The notes under the pieces: generated by a model | Seen by the model: the letters and a program-made list of their open reading frames with translations, nothing else | Databases searched by the model: none | What the model was told of the DNA's origin: nothing | Program-made: the position numbers and the translations under genes | Part shown: positions 1-6,536 of the stretch, one piece after another | Layout of the letters: each line of letters opens with the position of its first letter | Position numbering within the stretch: position 1 is the first letter of the stretch | Assembly: GCA_028280785.1 (NCBI GenBank) | Contig: JANQLF010000116.1 | Span: 87,377-151,376 of the forward strand | Reading direction: 5' to 3' | DNA: 64,000 nucleotides | Origin: Planctomycetota bacterium | Lineage (GTDB): Bacteria > Planctomycetota > UBA11346

Positions 1-1190
1 CGTAAGGTGAAATGAAATTCATCATTGGCCAGAAGGAGTTCTCGTTCAGATCGCGGTAGACGTGCGTAGATAACATGTCCCTCGAAATCTTCATGTGAGT
101 TAATGCCTTCACTGCTTACACTGCCACGAAACCAGGCTTTCGCATTTTTTGTCGACCACTCATAAAAGGGTTTCTCAATCACGGGTGCTTCGGCAATGAT
201 GACAGGTTCTGGCTCTGCTATAATTGCAGGTGGTGGCTCTATCTTTTTGACAGCCACTGCAATCGGTTTTACCTCGAGTGATTTATTGGGTACAATATCG
301 ACATAATGGCCAGCATCGACAAATACACTTTCTTTGCGCTCTTCATGAGTTTGTTCTATGCGACCACTATAGACTTCTAGGCGACTGCCTTCGATATTGC
401 TATTTAATGAAAATGCTGTTCCGACAATACGTGAGGTGCCAAAACTGGTTGGAAATAAAATAGCCGATCCCGTCTTCTGTTTGGTGATCTGTGCTTTGAT
501 GCTGCCGCTGTGTAAATAAATTTCACTATTTTGTGTATCGCCTCTAATTTCTATATGGGTGCCAGTGCTGATGTGAATTTCAGAGGCATCGTCTAAGACC
601 AAAATCGTATCTTGGCTCGCTTTGAGTTGATCGCCGATATAGCAACGCGTACTACGTTGGTCGGCATGCTGTGGATGCTTGAGATTATTACTGATTAATT
701 GCTGCCATTGGCCAATTTGTTTAGGTGCCTCTGGTTTAATTTCTTTTTTAACAACCGGTGATTCTTTAGGGCTAGGTGCTGGAGCAGGACTTGGCCATGC
801 AGCAATGATAATAAATAAAATAGCAGCAGCGACACCGAGGCCGATCCACAGAGGGTCTTGTTTTTTAGCGGGTCGTTTACGGCGATGTGAACGTGTCGCT
901 TTGCGATTGGATTTTTGTTGGCGTGAACGAATTTGGTCAATGGTCTCTTTAGTGAAATGGCGACCGGAAGAATCATCGTCTAAGGCATGCAGCACTTCAT
1001 TTTTTAAAAGTTCACCGTGTTTGTCGTCGTGCTTGACGTAAAGCATTTGCTCTATCAATAACATTTCGGCAAGCGATTGTTTTAATTCAGGATGCGATTT
1101 CAGTAACTGTTGCAGCTCTGCGACCTGTAGGTCGGATGCAGTGCCTTGAATAAAATCTGCGAGTAATTGTTCCTGTTCCTGACGATTCAT
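1..1190 (-). CDS. FecR-family anti-sigma factor (C-terminus runs off the window edge)
   Basis: Absent from the ORF track because it lacks a stop inside the window. The reverse frame opens at ATG 1190 (MNRQEQEQLLADFIQG...) and I translated it by hand without stops down to base 1. Its start overlaps the stop of the upstream ECF sigma gene (ATGA). It has a basic stretch and one TM helix (LWIGLGVAAAILFIIIAAW), then a FecR-like beta region (ILVLDDASEIHISTGTHIEIRG...SGSIKAQI). Confidence 0.7.
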   Translation of the reverse strand, partial: MNRQEQEQLLADFIQGTASDLQVAELQQLLKSHPELKQSLAEMLLIEQMLYVKHDDKHGELLKNEVLHALDDDSSGRHFTKETIDQIRSRQQKSNRKATRSHRRKRPAKKQDPLWIGLGVAAAILFIIIAAWPSPAPAPSPKESPVVKKEIKPEAPKQIGQWQQLISNNLKHPQHADQRSTRCYIGDQLKASQDTILVLDDASEIHISTGTHIEIRGDTQNSEIYLHSGSIKAQITKQKTGSAILFPTSFGTSRIVGTAFSLNSNIEGSRLEVYSGRIEQTHEERKESVFVDAGHYVDIVPNKSLEVKPIAVAVKKIEPPPAIIAEPEPVIIAEAPVIEKPFYEWSTKNAKAWFRGSVSSEGINSHEDFEGHVIYARLPRSERELLLANDEFHFTL

Positions 1191-1759
1191 GCTTCGAGCC
1201 CTTTGGATTCGATGCATTTTTTAATCTGATGACGTATGCGATGTAAATTCATGGTCATTGCTGAATGCTTGGTTTCATAATGCTTACATAAATCAGCTAT
1301 GCTTTTTTCATCAGCGTAACGTGCGTGTAATAATTGTTGGCTGCGCTTCGGTAATTGCTGCATGCAATCGCGTAAGTGTTGGATGTGGTCTTGTAAAAAA
1401 TCGGTATCGACGTCTTGGACGTCCTCGAGGATTTCATCGCGAATATCGACATATTGTTCTTTACGTTGGCGCCAATAATTGCGTAGAAGGTTATGGGCGA
1501 TGCTACGCAGCCAGGCACTGAACGATGCGTCGTCGCGGTACTGCTCTAATTTATTAAAGGCGATGATGAAGCATTCTTGCGAGAGGTCGTCAACTTGGTG
1601 ATGATCACGGAGACGTGCGCCAAGAAAGGCGCGGACACGATCCTGGTGTGCAAGGATCAGACGGCCAAAGGCATCTAAGTCTCCACGGCGAGCAGCTTTA
1701 ATATCATCTACAAAGGTGTCGTTCATATACGGAAATGTCCCTGGTCCTTGGGCTGACAC
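1187..1759 (-). CDS. ECF-subfamily RNA polymerase sigma-70 factor
   Basis: 190 aa. It has region 2 (DLSQECFIIAFNKLEQYRDDASFSAWLRSIAHNLLRNYWRQRK) and a region 4 HTH (LHARYADEKSIADLCKHY...NLHRIR). It is translationally coupled to the downstream anti-sigma gene. Confidence 0.9.
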   Translation of the reverse strand: MSAQGPGTFPYMNDTFVDDIKAARRGDLDAFGRLILAHQDRVRAFLGARLRDHHQVDDLSQECFIIAFNKLEQYRDDASFSAWLRSIAHNLLRNYWRQRKEQYVDIRDEILEDVQDVDTDFLQDHIQHLRDCMQQLPKRSQQLLHARYADEKSIADLCKHYETKHSAMTMNLHRIRHQIKKCIESKGLEA

Positions 1760-1834
1760 GTGAAAACCTGGTGCTGAGCAAGAACTCCAGTCTATGCCCA
1801 GCTCAGCTCGGATCAGTAGAGGCGTATTGATATA

Positions 1835-1864
1835 TTGACAATCGTCGATAAACGATTAATAATA
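1835..1864 (+). promoter_or_regulatory. putative sigma-70-type promoter of the thioredoxin gene with embedded palindromic operator (copy 1)
   Basis: TTGACA sits at 1835-1840 and AATAAT/TAATAA at 1858-1864. The 17-nt spacer is occupied by the palindrome AATCGTCGATAAACGATT (1840-1857). An AAAGGAG SD at 1882-1888 precedes ATG 1895. Confidence 0.4.
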
Positions 1865-1894
1865 AACAGAGAAGGACTAAGAAAGGAGCCAGAT

Positions 1895-2206
1895 ATGGCA
1901 AATAGTGTTCAAACTGCAGATTTTCAAAGTTTGGTTGGCCAAGGTGTCAGTCTCATAGATTTTTGGGGCGATGGCTGCCCACCCTGTAAGATGATTGCTC
2001 CTGTGATCGATGCGCTCGCTGCTGATTACGATGGCAAGGCCAACGTGGCCAAAGTAAACGTCTATGAAGAGACGGAACTTGCTGCACAATTTGAGGTTAT
2101 GGCAATTCCAACCATCATTGTGTTTAAAGATGGTCAGGAAGTGCAGCGCTTTAAAGGTATGGTGAATAGAGCAGAGCTCGGCAAAGCAATCGATGCGCAG
2201 CTTTAA
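1895..2206 (+). CDS. thioredoxin-fold protein with atypical GCPPC active site
   Basis: The ORF-track start at 1835 is TTG. ATG 1895 has a good SD and gives 103 aa. The motif FWGDGCPPCKMIAPVID aligns to the canonical WCGPCK thioredoxin site, and a cis-Pro region (MAIPTIIVFKDGQ) is present. Confidence 0.85.
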   Translation: MANSVQTADFQSLVGQGVSLIDFWGDGCPPCKMIAPVIDALAADYDGKANVAKVNVYEETELAAQFEVMAIPTIIVFKDGQEVQRFKGMVNRAELGKAIDAQL

Positions 2207-2214
2207 CTAGGTAT

Positions 2215-2238
2215 CTGGGGGATGCGCCCATCCCCCAG
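2215..2238 (+). terminator. stem-loop downstream of the thioredoxin gene
   Basis: CTGGGGGA-tgcgccca-TCCCCCAG forms a perfect 8-bp stem. No U-tract follows, so terminator function is uncertain. Confidence 0.3.
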
Positions 2239-2327
2239 CGTATCAGTGATGACTGGGCGAGCAAAAAAACTACTTAATATCGTTGCGGTGCTTCCGTTTA
2301 CCTTTGTAACGCAGACGATTGGATTAC

Positions 2328-2831
2328 ATGAATCTCGATTTTGACCAGGTGTACGAGGCGTACGCCGAGCGGGTTTATGCATTTATCCAATCCATGTTAC
2401 GGGATGCTGCTGACGCTGATGACTGTTTCCAGCAAACTTGGATTGCTATTCACAAAGGGCTGCCGCGCTATCAAGAACGCGGGCAGCGTGATGCCTGGAT
2501 TTTTCGCATTGCTCGCAATGCGGTTTACGACTGGTACCGCCAACGGCAAAACATTCAGCAATTTGAGTATACGGAAGCCGAAGAATCTGGCCTTGAAGAT
2601 GATCCGGTTCAGCAATTGGATGTGGTTGAATTGCACGAACATATTCAAGAAGCAGTCCAAAAACTATCGCCAAAATTACGAGCCGTCTTTTTATTACGGG
2701 TTCAGCAAGAACTTAGCTTTAATGACATTGCCGAAATATTGGAAGAACCACGTAACCGCTTGCTGGCACGTATGCACATGGCCACAAAAATTATTAGTCA
2801 AGCAATTCAGTCTTTTAGGAAAGATGTCTAA
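2328..2831 (+). CDS. ECF-subfamily RNA polymerase sigma-70 factor
   Basis: The track start at 2319 is TTG and the first ATG is at 2328. It has region 2 (DCFQQTWIAIHKGLPRYQERGQRDAWIFRIARNAVYDWYRQR) and region 4 (LRVQQELSFNDIAEILEEPRNRLLARMHMA). Its stop overlaps the next start (TAATG). Confidence 0.85.
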   Translation: MNLDFDQVYEAYAERVYAFIQSMLRDAADADDCFQQTWIAIHKGLPRYQERGQRDAWIFRIARNAVYDWYRQRQNIQQFEYTEAEESGLEDDPVQQLDVVELHEHIQEAVQKLSPKLRAVFLLRVQQELSFNDIAEILEEPRNRLLARMHMATKIISQAIQSFRKDV

Positions 2832-3331
2832 TGCTTGCATGTAAACAGGTTCAGTTATCGATTAACAATGGTGATAGAGACCAAGATATTCAAAAGCATC
2901 TTGATGCATGTCCGGCATGTACGCTGTATGCAAGTAATTTAGACACATTAAAAAACGCATTACCACAACGTCAGACTGTTCCTGCTCATTTAAAAGAAGC
3001 AATTAATAAACAAATCGAGCAATCACAATCATTGTCTATAGGAAGAATTGTTAAACCTGCAGCACTTATTGCGGCTGTTTTATGTATAGCATTAGTTTAT
3101 TATTTTAATACTGCAGCTCCTGAGCAAGCTATACATAGTGTCACCCCTGTAGTAAAAGAGAAAACCACCTCGATTTCTTGGGATGATCTTGAGCAGATGC
3201 AGGTACGGATGCAGCGTATAGAGGAGCGCGCTCATAAACCACAGCATTTATTAAGTAAGTATCAACGTGGACGCCATCTGCGTGTTACATTTAAAACTCA
3301 AACACCTACATTAAAACCATTCAAACTGTAA
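2831..3331 (+). CDS. membrane anti-sigma factor (zinc-finger ZAS-like N-terminus)
   Basis: It is coupled to the sigma gene. It has an H-x3-C-x2-C motif (HLDACPAC) and a single TM helix (PAALIAAVLCIALVYYF). Confidence 0.65.
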   Translation: MLACKQVQLSINNGDRDQDIQKHLDACPACTLYASNLDTLKNALPQRQTVPAHLKEAINKQIEQSQSLSIGRIVKPAALIAAVLCIALVYYFNTAAPEQAIHSVTPVVKEKTTSISWDDLEQMQVRMQRIEERAHKPQHLLSKYQRGRHLRVTFKTQTPTLKPFKL

Positions 3332-3341
3332 GGAATTACCC

Positions 3342-4091
3342 ATGCGTTTTCTTCTCGTATTTTTACTCAGTATTTTTTGTCTAAGCTTTGTTGTTGCTGC
3401 AGAGAATGATGCTGAAGACATTGTTGTTTTCGATGATGATGATCGTGAGCCAGATGATGGAGAAGATGATGCTCGCCGTGATGACGACGACGATGACGAC
3501 GATGATGACGACGATGATGACGACGATGATGACGACGATGATGACGATGACGACGACGATGATGATGAAGATGAAGAAGATGACGAGGAAGCGGAATTCC
3601 AAGAAGTGCTAGAGCACGTTCATAATTTCTTGCGCAAAGAGCATCCAGATTTTGATAATTTACTAAAAAGCCTCAAACGCAGTGACCAAGACGAATATAT
3701 TGAGTTGATGCACCATGTGGGTTGGGAAATTTTTGAACATTTAGAACACATGGAACATGAACATGATGAAGAAGACGCGGAACGTCGTGTCCTTCAAAAA
3801 CAACGCTTTACTTTACTGATTAAAGAAGCGCAGTTCCGCTTACAATTACAAGTTTTATCGAACAAGTTACAAAAAAGCCGCGGTAAAGATCAGGCAAGTA
3901 AAGAAGCAATAAAGAAAACGGTTCCGCAATTGTTCGAGATTTTGGTGCAACGTCGCAAGATGGGCGTCCAAGAATTAAAAATGGAATTGCAAATGCTTGA
4001 TGCCGAACTTAAGGAACTCGAGGAAAATAAAGAAGCGATCATCAAAAAGAAAATTATGGATTTAACTGGTAGGGATATACTTGATTGGTGA
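3342..4091 (+). CDS. secreted hyper-acidic protein with poly-Asp tract, His-rich patch and coiled-coil C-terminus (function unknown)
   Basis: An AAGGA SD precedes the start, and there is a signal peptide (MRFLLVFLLSIFCLSFVVAAEN). It has 29 consecutive Asp, the patch EHLEHMEHEHDEED, and a K/E/Q/L-rich helical tail. It is the third gene of the sigma/anti-sigma operon. Confidence 0.8.
   Translation: MRFLLVFLLSIFCLSFVVAAENDAEDIVVFDDDDREPDDGEDDARRDDDDDDDDDDDDDDDDDDDDDDDDDDDDDEDEEDDEEAEFQEVLEHVHNFLRKEHPDFDNLLKSLKRSDQDEYIELMHHVGWEIFEHLEHMEHEHDEEDAERRVLQKQRFTLLIKEAQFRLQLQVLSNKLQKSRGKDQASKEAIKKTVPQLFEILVQRRKMGVQELKMELQMLDAELKELEENKEAIIKKKIMDLTGRDILDW
3480..3566 (+). repeat. (GAY)29 trinucleotide tract with internal GATGATGACGAC 12-mer periodicity
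   Basis: Counted codon by codon from 3480 (gat) to 3566 (gat). The tract is flanked by further GAT/GAA/GAC-rich sequence across 3431-3593. Confidence 0.95.
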
Positions 4092-4115
4092 ATTGGGCAT
4101 CGCCGCAGGCGATAG

Positions 4116-4135
4116 AAAAGCACGGGCGTGCTTTT
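4116..4135 (+). terminator. rho-independent terminator of the sigma/anti-sigma/poly-Asp operon
   Basis: AAAAGCAC-gggc-GTGCTTTT forms a perfect 8-bp stem with the A-tract and T-tract built into the arms. It lies 25 nt after the stop at 4091. Confidence 0.6.
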
Positions 4136-4252
4136 CGGCCCAAGAATAGGCAACTTTATGTTGCCGTGGAGAATTGGTAAATTGCGCAGCAATTTAGAAG
4201 GCCACGGGCGTGGCCTTCGGCGGAAGAATAGGCAACTTTATGTTGCCGTGGA
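4116..4252. repeat. two tandem copies (period 82 bp) of a two-hairpin intergenic module
   Basis: The 29-nt run AAGAATAGGCAACTTTATGTTGCCGTGGA is identical at 4142-4170 and 4224-4252 and contains the GGCAAC-tttat-GTTGCC hairpin. Each copy is preceded by a CAC-GGGC-GTG hairpin whose outer stem differs between copies but stays paired (AAAAGCAC/GTGCTTTT versus GAAGGCCAC/GTGGCCTTC). Confidence 0.75.
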
Positions 4253-4298
4253 AATGAAGAAATTGATTAAAGGGGGTCTTGTCAGATTCCCCCTTTAC

Positions 4299-4316
4299 AA
4301 TCGTCAATCGACGATT
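4299..4316. promoter_or_regulatory. palindromic operator copy 2 (AATCGTC-N4-GACGATT) upstream of the ArsR-family gene
   Basis: AATCGTCAATCGACGATT has perfect 7-bp arms. It follows TTTACA (4294-4299) directly and ends 12 nt before ATG 4328. Confidence 0.45.
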
Positions 4317-4327
4317 AAAGTAAACTT

Positions 4328-4651
4328 ATGGCTGACACCAAAGATCAGGTACACATGCAAGGGACGCTTAATGAGTCGCAAGAGGAGCGTTTAGCTGCCT
4401 TGTGCAAAGCGCTATCACATCCAGTCCGTGTGCGTTTGGTTAATTGGCTGCTCAAAGAAGGTGGTGATAACGGTTGGGTCTGCAATCAACTCGTTAAACG
4501 TCTGCCCTTGGCTCAATCTACGGTGTCCGAGCACCTTCGCATTTTACGTGAAAGCGGCTTGCTCACTCGTGAAATTCACGGTCAAAGCAGTCGCTACCAA
4601 GTAAACCAAGAAGTGTTTAAGGAATTTAAATTGTTGCTGACCATGTTGTAG
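4328..4651 (+). CDS. ArsR/SmtB-family transcriptional regulator
   Basis: 107 aa with a winged HTH (LAALCKALSHPVRVRLVNWLL...QSTVSEHLRILRESGLL). It has only two Cys (C26, C52) and no CVC metal motif. Confidence 0.85.
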   Translation: MADTKDQVHMQGTLNESQEERLAALCKALSHPVRVRLVNWLLKEGGDNGWVCNQLVKRLPLAQSTVSEHLRILRESGLLTREIHGQSSRYQVNQEVFKEFKLLLTML

Positions 4652-4675
4652 CAGCTCTTTTTATTTGTTTTTATT

Positions 4676-4693
4676 AATCGTCAAAAGACGATT
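4676..4693. promoter_or_regulatory. palindromic operator copy 3 upstream of the HAD hydrolase gene
   Basis: AATCGTCAAAAGACGATT has perfect 7-bp arms. It lies between the arsR-like stop (4651) and ATG 4715. Confidence 0.4.
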
Positions 4694-4714
4694 GATCGAG
4701 GGGGGGGTCGTCCT

Positions 4715-5380
4715 ATGCCTATTCAAGCTGTTGTTTTTGATGCCTACGGCACCTTATTCAATGTGCACAGCGCTGTTGATGCAGTCGCCGATAATTTAGG
4801 TGACAAAAAACAAACAGTGTCGAATTATTGGCGTGATAAACAATTGCAATATACATGGCTGCGCAGCTTGATGGGAGATTACGTTGATTTTTGGCAAGTA
4901 ACCCGAGATGCCTTAAGTTTTGCGTTTGATCAATGTGAACTACATAACGAGGAATTAAAAGAACAATTAATGAATGCTTATTTACATTTAAAAACCTACG
5001 AAGAAGTGCCCAGCATTTTATCGACACTCAAGGCTACTAACATTAAAACGGCAATTTTATCAAATGGCAGCCCAATGATGTTGGCGGCCGCAACAAAATC
5101 GGCTTCAATTGATGATAAACTAGATGCAGTCTTATCGGTTGATTCTTTGCAATTATATAAACCGGATCAACGTGTGTACGCACTAGCAACTCAACAATTT
5201 TCATGCGAAGCACAAGATATTTGTTTTGTATCGTCTAATGCTTGGGATGTAGCCGGTGCCGCTCATTTTGGTTTTCAAGTAGCATGGGTGAATAGGTTTA
5301 GTCAAGCAGCAGAACGTTTGTCTGTGCCGCCTCGTTGGCAACTCAAAGACCTGATTGAGTTACCAGACTTGTTGTCTTGA
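4715..5380 (+). CDS. HAD-superfamily hydrolase, type II haloacid dehalogenase-like
   Basis: A G-rich SD precedes the start. It has motif I VVFDAYGTLF, then YWRDKQLQYTWL, and ILSNGS and SSNAWDVAGA motifs typical of L-2-haloacid dehalogenases. Confidence 0.8.
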   Translation: MPIQAVVFDAYGTLFNVHSAVDAVADNLGDKKQTVSNYWRDKQLQYTWLRSLMGDYVDFWQVTRDALSFAFDQCELHNEELKEQLMNAYLHLKTYEEVPSILSTLKATNIKTAILSNGSPMMLAAATKSASIDDKLDAVLSVDSLQLYKPDQRVYALATQQFSCEAQDICFVSSNAWDVAGAAHFGFQVAWVNRFSQAAERLSVPPRWQLKDLIELPDLLS

Positions 5381-5422
5381 TCAGCGCCTAGATGGATTAC
5401 TGTCCTGTGCGAAGGGTGGTTT

Positions 5423-6109
5423 ATGACGCATATCATTACACTGAGCTTTGACGACGGTTTTCGCGATTCTTCGATTCGTACTGCAGATATATTTGAAAAA
5501 CATGGGCTGAAGGCTTGTCTGAATGTTTTAGCGAGCCAAGAAAGTAATGAGCGCTTTCGTTACGATATTCCAACAGGTGATTTTGATTTATGGAATGACA
5601 TTCAAGCGAGTGGTCATGAAATCATGCCACATGGTTGGAATCATACTAATAAAACGGAAGTAAGTTTTTCAGAGGCACAGGAATTATTTGGTAAATGCTT
5701 CGAAACCTTTGAGCGTGAATTGGATGGCTATAAAACTGAGAATGCCATTTTCAATTTCCCATATAACGCATCCAATGCCGAAATAGAAGAATGGTTAGCG
5801 CCACAGGTGCGGGCCTATCGGACTGGTGGGGGATTTTGGAATTCCCTGCCGAATAAAGACACAAAGCGTTTAACCTGTTCAGGATTCGGCCCTGACTGCA
5901 TCGATGAACATTTAATTGGTACTATTGATGATTTTTTAAACCAAGATACGTATCCATGGATGATTTATAATACACATGGTCTAGATAATGAGGGCTGGGG
6001 CCCTGTTCAGGCGGATACTTTAGACACCTTGTTGGAGCGTTTATGTTCTACCGAGGGCGTTGAAGTATTAACGCCTAGTCAAGTGTTTGATCGTTATCAA
6101 TCGGATTAA
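5423..6109 (+). CDS. polysaccharide deacetylase (NodB-like) family protein
   Basis: ITLSFDDGFRDS is a TFDDG-like motif 1, and HEIMPHGWNH is a His motif. 228 aa. Confidence 0.65.
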   Translation: MTHIITLSFDDGFRDSSIRTADIFEKHGLKACLNVLASQESNERFRYDIPTGDFDLWNDIQASGHEIMPHGWNHTNKTEVSFSEAQELFGKCFETFERELDGYKTENAIFNFPYNASNAEIEEWLAPQVRAYRTGGGFWNSLPNKDTKRLTCSGFGPDCIDEHLIGTIDDFLNQDTYPWMIYNTHGLDNEGWGPVQADTLDTLLERLCSTEGVEVLTPSQVFDRYQSD

Positions 6110-6498
6110 TCGTTTGTTGGTTTTTTAATAATGCGCAAGCTCAAAAAATGAGCGACAATATTTAATCCTAAACCAATAAGCATGGGCACGAGTAGCCCCC
6201 ATGGACGAATCTCTTCATTTTCGTCAAGTGGTACAGCTCGATCAAAACCGATGCGTAAGCCATCATTGAAATTTGTTTCGGTGAATATGGCCTGAAGGAT
6301 GCCACTGCCTATTCCGAAAATAATAGATAATACGGTACCAACCGAAAATGCTAAAATAGCCAAGACCCAAAACAAAATGACGCTTTGAAAAAATGTCAGT
6401 ATATGATCGCGTTGCTTGAGTCGCCAACGAATCAACAGTGCATTGCATAAGGGAATTAAGGCGTAGCCAGCAAAACAAAAGACAATGTCGAATCGCAT
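6106..6498 (-). CDS. small integral membrane protein (unknown function)
   Basis: 130 aa with an ATG start and about four hydrophobic helices. It converges on the previous gene with a 4-nt overlap. Confidence 0.5.
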   Translation of the reverse strand: MRFDIVFCFAGYALIPLCNALLIRWRLKQRDHILTFFQSVILFWVLAILAFSVGTVLSIIFGIGSGILQAIFTETNFNDGLRIGFDRAVPLDENEEIRPWGLLVPMLIGLGLNIVAHFLSLRIIKKPTND

Positions 6499-6536
6499 AA
6501 TCGCAGCCTAAACGCGCCGTTAATTATACAAGGTGC

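Noticed and set aside
679-1041. Track ORFs 679-1041 (+) and 695-976 (-) in the first kilobase.
   Set aside because: Both lie inside the longer minus-strand frame (1-1190). That frame is coupled to the ECF sigma gene and encodes a sensible anti-sigma architecture. The 695-976 ORF is in a different frame from it.
2341-2844. 167-aa alternative-frame ORF overlapping the second ECF sigma gene.
   Set aside because: The overlapping frame starting at 2319/2328 contains clear sigma-70 region 2 and region 4 motifs. The alternative product has none and is Cys/Trp/Lys-rich noise.
3381-3612. ORFs 3388-3612 (+, MMTTMMTT...) and 3381-3602 (-, IIVVIIVV...) overlap the acidic protein gene.
   Set aside because: They are frame-shifted and antisense readings of the (GAY)n tract. 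They have low-complexity products and no SD or context, and the Asp frame carries the signal peptide and a coupled operon position.
4128-4394. 88-aa ORF spanning the intergenic hairpin repeats and the arsR-like start.
   Set aside because: It crosses a terminator, both repeat units and the operator, and it overlaps the well-supported ArsR gene out of frame. It has no SD.
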